From Xylographa opegraphella (lineage: Eukaryota): DNA of 64,000 nt. Position 1 is the stretch's first letter; every line of letters starts with the position of its first letter. The notes below the pieces were generated by a model. That model was not told the DNA's origin. It did not search any database and saw nothing but the letters and a program-made list of their open reading frames with translations. The DNA lies in assembly GCA_022813865.1 (NCBI GenBank), contig JALDZX010000034.1:124001-188000 (forward strand), read 5' to 3'. This document shows, one piece after another, positions 1 to 10,913 of this stretch. The translations under genes and the position numbers were made by a program.

Positions 1-911
1 AAATCGGTGAAGGCAATAGTTATGGTGTGGTCAAGCGAGGGGCGATGGCTTTAAGTGAAGCGGACGCCAGCATGAACGCTCTTGATGTTGAGGCATATCA
101 TGAAGCAATTCAAGCGCGCGACCAACATGCGTGGAGAAATCGACGAGCTGGAAAGAGCAATGCTCCCGCGATTCTGATCGTCATCGATAAGGGTAACGGG
201 GTCGTCGATGCTTTCTGGTTCTACTTCTACAGTTTCAATCTCGGAAACAAGGTACTGAGGATACGCTTTGGTAACCATGTGGGTGATTGGGAGCATTCGA
301 TGGTAAGGTTTCAAAAAGGAGAACCAAAAGCAGTGTTCTTGAGTGAGCACAATTTCGGTGGAGCATATAGTTATGATGCCGTGGAGAAGATAGGCAAGCG
401 GGTAAGATTTCATGTATCAGCAACGTCTCTCGAGTCCCGCTTAACAGTCTTGTAGCCTGTTATATACTCCGCTGTTGGCTCTCATGCCATGTATGCCACA
501 CCTGGCAAGCACACCTACATCCTTCCTTTCGGACTTCTGCACGACACTACAGACCGCGGCCCGCTATGGGATCCAGCGCTCAACGCTCATGCATACACAT
601 ACGACTACAAGACCGATGTACTGCGGTCCTCCACGGCATCTCCATATTCCCCCACATCCTGGTTCTACTTCGCAGGTCACTGGGGTGACAAGTTTTACGA
701 GCTTGGCGACAAGCGGCAGTACCGGTTTGCTGGCCAATACCATTACGTGAACGGGCCTTTGGGACCCAGATTCAAGAATTTGGGTCGGAAGAAAATATGT
801 CAGGGTATGGATTCAGACCCTTGTGTCATTAAGAACTGGTTGGATGGGCCGACCAAGGCAAAGCGGTGGGTTGGTGTTGGAGAGGGAGAGAAGTGGCCCA
901 CAGAGGAGTAG
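1..911 (+). CDS. VPS62: Vacuolar protein sorting-associated protein 62 family (5'-truncated by window edge); intron 402-455
   Basis: Motifs DAFWFYFYSFNLGN, FGNHVGDWEH and (after splicing GTAAGA..TAG) PVIYSAVGSHAMYATPG are typical of Vps62; frame is open from the window start; stop TAG 909-911. Confidence 0.85.
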
Positions 912-2128
912 GTAGGCATCGGGGCCTAGGGGCAGTGAACCGAAAAAGTGGAGTCATTGGGCGCCGTGGCTTAATGTTTATTCTGGACATCGTTCACGCG
1001 TTATGTTAACCACACAGCATAGTGGAGATGTTCGTCTGCATATGAAGGGGCAATCAGTCTGTAAATACGATACCCGAGGCCATGTCCATGGCTAACATAA
1101 GTGTTGTTCACTATCTCTTATTTTGACTTTCTTTTAAGCATTTCAATCGTTGCTCAGTCTCCACGAGTCTAGAGTCAGTAATCGTACCTTCAACCTATAT
1201 ATATAAGACCCTCACCCGCGTTTTCTTGTGCTTCACGAGAAGTTTTACATCATCAAAATCCTTTTAGTGAAAATAAACCAGACCATGGAACGTATCAAAA
1301 GCATTGTGGACACGGTATACCGAGCGCAACCATCGATCGAGACATGAATCCACAAGGTCCCTCAGTCATACATACGATGGCGAGAAAGGGTCGGACACTC
1401 CACCTCCATACTCTGTCTTGCCTCTGACTATCGCCGTGGAAACTAAAGGCCCGGAAGGTAGGAGCGAAGTAGAAATAGCGGACGTCCGTACTAGCAAGAG
1501 AATAATAGACAGGCTACTTCCAATGACGAACGGAAGACAAATTGTAAGACTTAAGCGGTGGCTTCTACCTTGGTGGATGAGCAATTCTGTGATATAAACC
1601 CTGATTGTCCACCAGCCGAAGTTCAGACTACATATACATATATTGATGAATCAACGACTACGCGGTGATAAAATGTACCGTAGCAATAGCATTGATGTAT
1701 GCAATTTAGTTTTGTAAAAGCGTTGATCACAAACTTTGCCCAGATGAGAGAGACCAAAGCCATACTTGAATTGCTATTACCCACGTACCTGATATTCAAT
1801 TAAACGAAGCAAATATTACCATACCCTTCAAGAATATTGTAGAGTCCAGAGTCAAGGAGGCTCCATACGATGACAAGATTGGTAGACTCTCTACTAAATT
1901 GTAAGGAAATGCAATCTCATACACAAGATATACCAGAAGTCGTACAGCCTTTATTGCAGTCTTCGATTCCTCATTCACAAAGTGCGAGAGAGGTTAACCC
2001 TACGATGCGAGCACTAGCTCGTTCGCTTAAAATGCTTATGTCATCCACTTTCTGGGCTCCACACTTCCCACCACGATTCCAACATCACACCAGAAAGCGA
2101 TAATCACAACGACGACCCGCCAGCCAAG

Positions 2129-3152
2129 ATGTAAGTATCGCTCGCTGTCTCTGCTTTCGCGATGCATGGCACTGTATCTCTCAGCTCGGTCACCACGAAT
2201 TCTCCGAGCAAGCTCGTGGAGTTGTCTCTTCCCCTCATTCATGCAGCCAGACCACCCCAGCTCTCCATCAGACATTAAACCCGCTGACAACTATGCATCA
2301 GGGTCAACCTCCGGACTCAAAAGCGCCTCGCCGCCTCTGTCGTCGGCTGCGGCAAGCGCAAGATCTGGCTCGACCCCAACGAAGTGAGCGAAATCGCCAA
2401 CGCCAACTCTCGCCAGACCATCCGCAAACTCGTTTCCGATGGCCTCATCATCCGCAAGCCTGTCACCATGCATTCACGAGCAAGGGCTAGGGAACTGACT
2501 GCTGCGAGACGGATCGGACGACACCGTGGTTTTGGTAAGAGGAAGGGTACGGCGGATGCTAGGATGCCCAGGTAAGAGTCACAGATGATTTTGGGGATTT
2601 TTGGTGGTGTCTACAAGATATTCGAGTCTTGCAGAATGCCAAAAATTCGATCCGAAATGATTTGGCTGACAATGAACTACAGCCAAGTCATGTGGATGCG
2701 TCGCCTGCGTGTCCTTCGCCGTCTTCTCGTCAAGTACCGTGCCTCGGGCAAGATCGATAAGCACCTTTACCACGAGCTCTACCATCTGAGCAAGGGTAAT
2801 ACCTTTAAGCACAAGCGTGCATTGGTCGAGCATGTACGTTTTTCCAACTTCTCCTCAGTGTTTATTAGATTATCTTGCGCTCCAATGCCATCCCCGATAT
2901 ATGAATCTGTACATCGTCCACACACGCGCGATGGTCTTGTCCTTCGAATCTATGGCACGGAATGTTGACATGATCTCCTGGCTCTAGATCCACAAGGCCA
3001 AGGCCGAGAAAGCTCGTGAGAAGATCTTGAAGGACGAGATGGATGCCAAGCGTGCAAAGACCAAGGCCGCTCGGGAAAGGCGACAGGAGCGTATACAGAC
3101 GAAGAGGAACGCCATCACTGGGGAGGAGGAGAAGGTGGAGACCAAGGAATAG
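2129..3152 (+). CDS. RPL19: 60S ribosomal protein L19 (eL19); exons 2129-2130, 2302-2571, 2683-2833, 2988-3152
   Basis: Spliced product [44 protein letters not shown]...[30 protein letters not shown]...HIHKAKAEK; canonical GT-AG introns; start codon split AT|G by intron 1. Confidence 0.97.
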
Positions 3153-3531
3153 AATCGTGCCATGTAGCTACCCCTTCACCATGACCTTAGCAACGATACG
3201 AGGATTCATTTGCATCAGGCTCAGTTATGGGGTCGGGTTTCTTTTGTCTGTTCTACAACACAATCACATAATGATATCTGTGACATGTCATGGGAGAAAT
3301 CAAAATGTAAGCTCAATCCTGGGTTCATCGTAGACCGAATTGGCAACGATGCGTTATGTATGCTATAACCTTTCACGGGTTCACTGTCGCACAAGGGTAA
3401 TTCCATCCATTCCATGTAAGCTATCCACGTAACCCAAGTTCTACAATAGAACGTACAATCGGACATGCTTGTGCTTTCCCCGTCAGCTCCCTCCTCCTCC
3501 TCCGCCATTCCCCGGCCTCCCCTCGGACCCA

Positions 3532-6500
3532 TCAGATCCGGCTCCTCCCCTCCCCGCGCGGCATCTTCCTCCCCTCGTCCGCGAGGTCGGCCTTCTTGTG
3601 GAAATGCGGCGCCACTTCGACCAGCCACTCGGGCTGCACGGGCATGCAGCTGCGCATGAACTCCTTGCTCGTGAGCACGAGCTCGTGGTAGATGACCCAC
3701 TTCGGCGGCGGGTTCGCGGCGAAGAGGGTGCTGCTCGGGTGCACGTATGCCGTGATGCCCGTCTTCGCCGTCTGGTAGCCGCCGCCGTCCTTGCGCAGGC
3801 GGGCCACGTTGGGGAAGTAGCCGGCCGCGATGGCTTTCTGGATGGCCGACATGCTCAGCTCGCCGCTGGTGTCCGCGCCCAGCCCGACGCTGACTTCGAC
3901 GCGCTCGCACAGCTTGGCGAGTTGGTCCCGCACGTCCCGGGCTCGCTTGAGCGAGCGGTGCTGCAAGAAGTTCTCCCGCGCCCAGGCGTAGCTAAAGTCG
4001 GAGTCGACCCATTCATTCCAGATGTTTAGGAGGGACAGGTGGTCGCCGCCGCCTTCCTTGCTGGTGAATCGGGCACGGGCGCTGTCGGCGTGAATGATTT
4101 TGTCTTTGGGGCGGTAGAAGAGTGCGGAGGCTTCTCCGAGCATGGAGACTATCGAGAGGACTTCTTCGACGCAGCCGTACTTGTCTGCGGCAAGGATGGT
4201 CTTCGCAAGCATGGGATCGGTGGGGAACTCGGCCATTTGGCGGCCGATTTTGGTGAGCTCGCCTTTGTCGTTGAGGGCGCCGAGGGCGTAAAGTTGCTCG
4301 AGAGCGCGGATAAGTGTTTCCGCCGGAGGCGGGTCCATGAAGTCGAACTCGATGAGGTCGTTGATGCCAAGCGATTTTAGGAGGAGGACGACACTGTTGA
4401 GATTCGTTCGCTGAATTTCGGGTGTGGTGCTCTCTTCAAGCTCATTGAAGTATGACCACTTTGTATATAGACGGAAGCATTTTCCTGGACCAACACGGCC
4501 TGCACGACCGGCGCGTTGGTTTGCGGATGCCCGAGATATTGGAGTCGTGACTAATGACTCCATTCCCGTTTTCGGATTGTAGACATTTTCTTTGACGAAA
4601 CCTGGGTCAATAACGTACACAATCCCATCAATGGTAAGACTGGTTTCTGCTATGTTTGTCGCTAAAACGACCTTTCTTGCTCCAGGTGGTGTTGGCTCAA
4701 ATATCTTGCTCTGCAGTTCAGAAGGTAAGTTGGCATAAATTGGGCAAATTACTAATTCTGCCATCTTCGACCCTGCTAGTCGCATGATGTCCTGAAGCAT
4801 CTCTTCGACTGCCTCAATCTCTTCCTGTCCAGTCAAGAAGACGAGAATGTCTCCCCTCGGTTGGCTCTGATGTATCTGCATAACCGTGACTCTGACGCCG
4901 TCAAGGTAATTGGCCTCAGGCTGGGGAGCATAGAAGGTATCAACTGCAAATCGACGACCCGGTATCTTGAAAATGGGTGCATCATCAAAAAATTGGGAAA
5001 ATTTCTGTGCGTCGAGGGTTGCTGAAGAAATCAAGAGTTTGAGTTCTGGCCTGAATTTTGCAATGTCCTTGACCAGGCCGAAGAGGATGTCTGTATGTAG
5101 CGTTCTCTCGTGGGCTTCGTCTATCATGAGCGCAGAGTATCCGCCCAAGTCTGGTTCGGTAAGGAACTCACGCAACAGCATACCGTCAGTCATGTACTTC
5201 AAGATCGTCTTGTCGGTTGTGTTGTCTTCAAAGCGAATCGAATATCCCACTTCATTCCCAAGCTTGACACCCATCTCGTCTGCAACACGAGCTGCAACGC
5301 TCATGGCTGCAACCCGGCGGGGCTGTGTACAACCGACCTTGAGACCACCTTTGGTATAACCGGCTTCGTGCAGATATTGTGGAATTTGTGTAGTCTTTCC
5401 ACTCCCTGTTTCCGCTACGACGATGATGACCTGATGATCAGCAATTGCAGCCAGCAGATCCGCCCTGTACTTGGCCAATGGTAGAGACTCTCTTGTTTCC
5501 TTGATCGACTGAGCTTTATGTTCGGCAGCAGTCAACCGTTGATCCAGAGCACGTTGTTCAGCGGTAAGGATGGTACTCCCATCTCTTAGCTGGGCATCCA
5601 TAACGAACTTGATCTTCTGAGATTCATCGAAGACATACTCCCATTCGCCTTCATCGACTCTGTCGGCCCTTGAAACTTGGGCCTTTGCCTTTGTGCTCTG
5701 CTCCCGTTCCCATTCTTCTTGCTCGGTCACAAACTTCTCTTGGCCGTACTCATCTCGTTCCACGTAGCGCTTGTAGAGTGCCTCCTCTTTCTTTTTCCTG
5801 TCAATCTTTCCTTTTTCTGTGATGTAATCTTCTGGCTGAACATAGCCATCAATATGATCATCGACCCGAAGTCGTTCCTCGGCCAGGCGGAGGACCTCTC
5901 TGTTCTTTGCGAACTCCTCCTTTTCTCGTCTTGTGAGATCCGGGTTGGTTCTCTCCTCCTCAGCTTCCTCGAAAACCTGCTTTCTGAACAGTGCAAGTCT
6001 CTCGGCTTCCCGTTTCTTCAAGTATTCTTGCCGTGCTCGTTGCCTTATTTCAGGCATGGCTGCCTCCCTCTTCGCTGCATCTTCGGCCAACGCCCTCCTT
6101 TGTGCCAAGACTTTGCCATCCTTGGTAGAAGAACGATCCTCGACCACCTTCTTCGACTTCTCAGAATCCTTCTTATTGAGACGACTAGCGAACGCATCCC
6201 GCTCCGCTCGATCACGGTCCCTTTCCCTTTCAGCTCGAGCGTCAGGGTCCAGTGAATCATCCATTGGCGAGGCGGATCCATTGTTCAACTTGATCCTCTT
6301 AGAAGGTGATTCGACGAAATCGGCGCTGTTCGCATCCTCCGGGTACTCCTCGTCGCCCCATCGATCCTCGAACCCGTTGCCCTCCTTGTGACGTAGCTTC
6401 TTTGGCTTGTGAAACTCTACAGCCTTTTCTTTACGACTCTCCGAAGGTTTGACAGCTGGAAGAGGAGCCCGCGGTGATTCTAGGTCCCCGTCCTCCATTT

Positions 6501-6789
6501 CCAACAGCTTATACTTCTTTTTCACTTCTCGGGCTTCTTGCACCTTGACCTGCTGGCGGGCACCTCCATCTACTGTCTTGGTCTTAGGTAAGCGACCCAG
6601 AAGGGTACTGGCAAAGGCCTGCAGCTCGCCTTGTGAGCCATAGTCTAAGAAGCCCGCGAGTTTATCTTGCAGGGTGGATGTCGACTTAGCTCCGGAGGCG
6701 ACGGCCAAAACAAAATCTATAATCGTAGCATCACTAGCACCTGTGAGCTTGATGAGATTGTCGGACACCCAAGTGCGTAGTTCTGCCAT
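3532..6789 (-). CDS. PRP2: Pre-mRNA splicing DEAH-box RNA helicase Prp2/Cdc28 (DHX16 orthologue), intronless, 1085 aa
   Basis: Motifs [26 protein letters not shown]-terminal PWI-like region and the EQEEWEREQ / [12 protein letters not shown] segments characteristic of DHX16/Cdc28. Confidence 0.92.
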   Translation of the reverse strand: MAELRTWVSDNLIKLTGASDATIIDFVLAVASGAKSTSTLQDKLAGFLDYGSQGELQAFASTLLGRLPKTKTVDGGARQQVKVQEAREVKKKYKLLEMEDGDLESPRAPLPAVKPSESRKEKAVEFHKPKKLRHKEGNGFEDRWGDEEYPEDANSADFVESPSKRIKLNNGSASPMDDSLDPDARAERERDRDRAERDAFASRLNKKDSEKSKKVVEDRSSTKDGKVLAQRRALAEDAAKREAAMPEIRQRARQEYLKKREAERLALFRKQVFEEAEEERTNPDLTRREKEEFAKNREVLRLAEERLRVDDHIDGYVQPEDYITEKGKIDRKKKEEALYKRYVERDEYGQEKFVTEQEEWEREQSTKAKAQVSRADRVDEGEWEYVFDESQKIKFVMDAQLRDGSTILTAEQRALDQRLTAAEHKAQSIKETRESLPLAKYRADLLAAIADHQVIIVVAETGSGKTTQIPQYLHEAGYTKGGLKVGCTQPRRVAAMSVAARVADEMGVKLGNEVGYSIRFEDNTTDKTILKYMTDGMLLREFLTEPDLGGYSALMIDEAHERTLHTDILFGLVKDIAKFRPELKLLISSATLDAQKFSQFFDDAPIFKIPGRRFAVDTFYAPQPEANYLDGVRVTVMQIHQSQPRGDILVFLTGQEEIEAVEEMLQDIMRLAGSKMAELVICPIYANLPSELQSKIFEPTPPGARKVVLATNIAETSLTIDGIVYVIDPGFVKENVYNPKTGMESLVTTPISRASANQRAGRAGRVGPGKCFRLYTKWSYFNELEESTTPEIQRTNLNSVVLLLKSLGINDLIEFDFMDPPPAETLIRALEQLYALGALNDKGELTKIGRQMAEFPTDPMLAKTILAADKYGCVEEVLSIVSMLGEASALFYRPKDKIIHADSARARFTSKEGGGDHLSLLNIWNEWVDSDFSYAWARENFLQHRSLKRARDVRDQLAKLCERVEVSVGLGADTSGELSMSAIQKAIAAGYFPNVARLRKDGGGYQTAKTGITAYVHPSSTLFAANPPPKWVIYHELVLTSKEFMRSCMPVQPEWLVEVAPHFHKKADLADEGRKMPRGEGRSRI

Positions 6790-7413
6790 GTTGCATCTTG
6801 CTAATACATTGCAAAGATCCTACGAGTAAAGATTTGGAAAACGACATGCCGAGGGTTACGGCCTGATTGAGCTTAGTGCGTTGGAAGCTTGGACCGTTTG
6901 TGCTTCCGATGACAGCCCTATGCCCTATGTCGGTTCGCACTCGTCAGATGTCAGACTCACAGGATGATTGACACAAGTGTTTCGATAGACCATTGCGATT
7001 GAGGGTTCTATATAGGGCACTGCTAACAACCTCAGCTGTTGCGTCAGGTCATCTCCTGGCGCTTACGCATCACAGATTCGTATTCGAAAGTGTATGCACT
7101 ATATGCTAAATGTTGACACAACAGACTTTTTTGTACATAAGCCAAGTAGGTACTCAAAACTTCATCTAGGAAGTCTCTCATCTAATGCAGTGCCTGAGCC
7201 CTCAAATTCTGCGCAATCAACCCGCCATATACCACGTATCTAACTATGCCAAAACTCCCGGATGTATTTCGTCCAATAAGATGCAAAGCAAAGCTGGATG
7301 CTGCATCTGTCCTGTAACTCCCTTTCTCCATGAGGCCTTACGCTGAACCCATGATGCGTGTGTAGGAGGCAAGATGAAAGCAATAACGTCAAAGCCAAGG
7401 GGTATCACTTGTT

Positions 7414-8586
7414 CTACTCTCGTAAGCCCACCAGGAAATCTCGTGTCATCTCAAAACTGAGCCAACTGCTAGCCATGCTTGGAGCAACCTTCAGGAGGTT
7501 CGGTACAATGCCTTTGTAAAGTCCTCGGAACCCTTCCTGAGATACGATTATAGTCACGGCATCCCAGATCGACTTGTATTGATATCCGATACCGGACATG
7601 GTGTTGATCTGAAATCGTCTTCGTAACACATCGCTTGTAACCTCTCAGTATTATGTCTCCCAGTGAAAAGCAAGAACTAGACTTACAGTGGATATGTACA
7701 TGTCTGTGCCACGGCGCCAGAGACAGCACCAGCTGCTAGCTTTCGCACCGCGGATGGGTTTTTGTCGCCTTCGGGGGTGAAGTACTTCCTAACAGATTCA
7801 TAGGTCATGAAGTTCAAACCGACCTGGGTATGGCAATCAGCTACTATAGATAAAAGAAGCTGCTGGAAGTGCTTACATATGGAGCGACACCAGCAATGGT
7901 TGGTACAAAACCCCGGTATAATGCAAGCAGACCTCCTTCTGTTTTGTACATTGTCACCATAGTAGCCCACATCCCGGGAAGTGCTTTTCGTTGCGCTTCA
8001 CCAAGCACAGCGAACGAGGCCGACTGAATCGAAAGCCGAGTTCGAACAATATCAAGGGGATAGGTAGTGGCGACAGATGTAATGCCAGCTGCGGCTCCGC
8101 AGACCAGTCGCCTTAGAGGAGAAAGATCTGCGCCAGGCGATGATTCCACGAACTAATCACAGACACGATTAGCCCGACATTCGAGATTTGGTTGACATGT
8201 AGAGCCATAGAACTACTTACTCTCTTATAGAAGTTATAACTCCCAAATTGGACTGCAGAATACGGCACTATCCGCAGACAATTTGCGCCATTGCCTCGCA
8301 TGAGACCTCTCCAACCTTCTTCCCTCCACATCTTCGCAAGCCCTTTGCCTACTGACATCTTGTACTCCTCGCGCCCTACGCTTTGCACCTGATACAAAAT
8401 TTTGAGCCGTTCGAGCGGAGAGACCACGGTCCGGGACACAGCACCAGCAACTCCACCGGCCATGAAAGCAGCCATCACTGGTTGAGAAACAGTGTACCGT
8501 ATATGTACGAGGGGCGATATAGGCTCGGCCAACCGCTCCTCTTCCGTGCCGACCATCGTAGCGGATCCTTTGCCGTCCAATTTCAT
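7414..8586 (-). CDS. Mitochondrial carrier (SLC25) protein, YPR011C/SLC25A42-like; exons 8586-8221, 8152-7877, 7823-7687, 7633-7414
   Basis: Three carrier repeats with PX(D/E)XX(K/R) signatures: PLERLK, PLDIVR, PLDVLR; three introns join the partial ORFs, the last using an AAG acceptor. Start could alternatively be ATG 8556. Confidence 0.9.
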
Positions 8587-9405
8587 TCTTGTGTGCCGAG
8601 AGCTATCATGAGAGGCAGCAGTCGCTTGGGTACTGTCGGGATAATACACTAGTCCTGTATCGAAAGTCTGCAGTACTGGCTCGGAGATCTCTGGCAGGAT
8701 GTGGTAATCATCGACAATTGCAAAGAGCGAGCGCGGGTGCAGGCAGATGACGAACAAGACCCGATCGACAGCGATCCTGGGGTTGAACGAAGGATGAAGT
8801 AGATGGTATGGAGTCTCGCTTAGATGATGACAGGTCCATGGAAGTATGTATAATCGAATTTGTGGTGGGTGAAAAGCGCTCGACAATAATGGTGTGAGGC
8901 GCGCCGTACTCAAATTTAAAAGACCAAACTTAGATCATCCAGCCCTACGAGTCTTGGCGCCTCGATTCGTAGCTGGACGCTGCACATATTACTCTACGGA
9001 CTAAGGTACGGTCGTCAGAGCCGGAGGCCCGTGTGGCGACCTCCGAAGCATAACTACACTTGTCCTCTTGTAAGTTGTCACAGCACCAGATCCTCTTCTG
9101 GTATTCGATAGAGTAAACCTACGTTTATCTAGCTGGTGACTTAATTAAGTTCCTCGCCAAAAACGCACAATACGGAGTACATAAAAGGTCACTACCGACT
9201 CAGCTGCGTAAAATGGGCAGGACTGTATTAGTAAGCAAATTTTCCATACATTGATTAGTCAGCTTTTGTTAGCGTCCGGACGTGGCAGAGCTCTTCGACA
9301 TTCGTTCATATTATTGCAGCCTCGCAAATACTTCAAGCCTTCTATTTCATACCGTCCGCTTGGCAACACGACTTCATCTCCACATCTTTCTACTTCGAGC
9401 TCACA

Positions 9406-10429
9406 ATGTCTCGTGGCGGCGGAACGACATTGTATGTGACTGGCTTCGGCCAAGGCACACGCGCTCGCGACCTAGCCTACGAATTCGAACGGTATGTCAG
9501 GCACGAACGATGAATCGATTCATCAAGACCCTCCTTCCGAACCCTTCCTCCCTTCTCGCTGCTGTCGCAGAGCTCCTTCAGCGCTGTTGCTTCGAGCCAC
9601 CTTTCCTTCGCCATCGAGCGTCGCTCATCCTTCCTCCCCCCTACCGTCTCCTCTCCGATGTCGTAAACGTCCAACGTCCGACAACACCGAAACCTCTCCT
9701 TTCATCCTTCGTCCTATCGCTCGCGTCCCACACCTTACCTTACGCTCACATCTAACTTTGTCACGCTAAAGCTATGGACGTCTCGTCCGCTGTGATATTC
9801 CCGCGCCCCGGAGTGCGGCGAGTCGACTGTGAGTGTCTCATTTCGGGCATCCTCGATGTCATTACGACGCAGCCCCCGCTAACACGACAAGTAGGTTTGC
9901 CTTTGTGGAGTATGAGAGCCGTCGAGACGCAGATGACGCCTATCATGAGATGCATAACAAGCGTCTTGGCCGTGATGATCTCCTGAAGATCGAGGTGAGC
10001 TCCCAACCCGCGCCCATGAGTGCGGTGAGGTACTTATGATCAATAGTGGGCTCGTACTCCTCCCTCTGCTTCTTGGCGCTTTGACTCTGGTCGTGACCGC
10101 GGTCCAGGTGGTCGTCGTTCGCCTCGCCGTGGAGGTCGCTCCCCTTCTCCACCCCGCCGCCGCGAATACTCTCCTCGAAAGGATGATCGACGTGACTACG
10201 ATAGGCGGGACCGCGACCGCTCCCGAAGCCCTGATGATAGAGATCGTGAGATGAAGGATGTTCGAGATCGTCGTGATGACGATGATCGGGAGAACGGGAC
10301 GAACGGGGAAGACCGCAAAGGTGATTAATGTTCTATTACAAGTTCGGCAGATTCAGCTTGCTGACCATTTCTGCAGTTCCGATGGATTCACCCATCCCTG
10401 CTCACGATGAGCTCGACACTGCCGAATAG
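9406..10429 (+). CDS. srp1: SR-like splicing factor (single RRM + RS/RD-rich tail), Srp1-like; exons 9406-9491, 9772-9828, 9895-9994, 10047-10320, 10377-10429
   Basis: Spliced product MSRGGGTTLYVTGF...[50 protein letters not shown]...LKIEWARTPP followed by RSPRR/RDRSRSP repeats; RNP2 LYVTGF and RNP1 RLFAFVEY. Confidence 0.9.
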
Positions 10430-10913
10430 AGGAGATTGCTATTGGCGATGATGCATGAGAGAGGAAACTTCGAAAAGTCCAAGTTGTTTATCAAATGGCG
10501 TGCCTGAGATTGGGGGTTTCTTCAGAAAGCCTGCATCTATATCAGGCTAGGATTTGTTGAAAGCATTTGGCAAGCTGTAGTAGTGCACAATAGCATTATC
10601 AAGCTAACTCATTGGTTGCAAACAGTGAGCCAAGCAGCCCTAGTTAAATGCCGGGTGGTGTCGTGAAACCGAGCGCTGGAAGTTTGCTAGTACATTCACA
10701 GTGAGGCGTTTGCTTCCACGAAAGCCATGTTGGGTAGCTCTCCTCTATCCCTAGTTTCGCTGACCAGAAGGTGAAAAGCCGCCTGGTTGCAGTCCGGGCA
10801 CGTAAAGGGTAAAAGCACTTGCACTTCCGCTTTCAGCCTAGTTTGTGAAAACGACGTCATACCACTTTAGGTAGGTGCTGCGTCTGCAATAAACTAAGGT
10901 AATAAACCCACAT

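Noticed and set aside
3221..6643. Multiple antisense or alternate-frame ORFs over PRP2 (similar ones over GCN1 and the Num1-like gene)
   Set aside because: Shadow ORFs caused by codon bias of the real genes.
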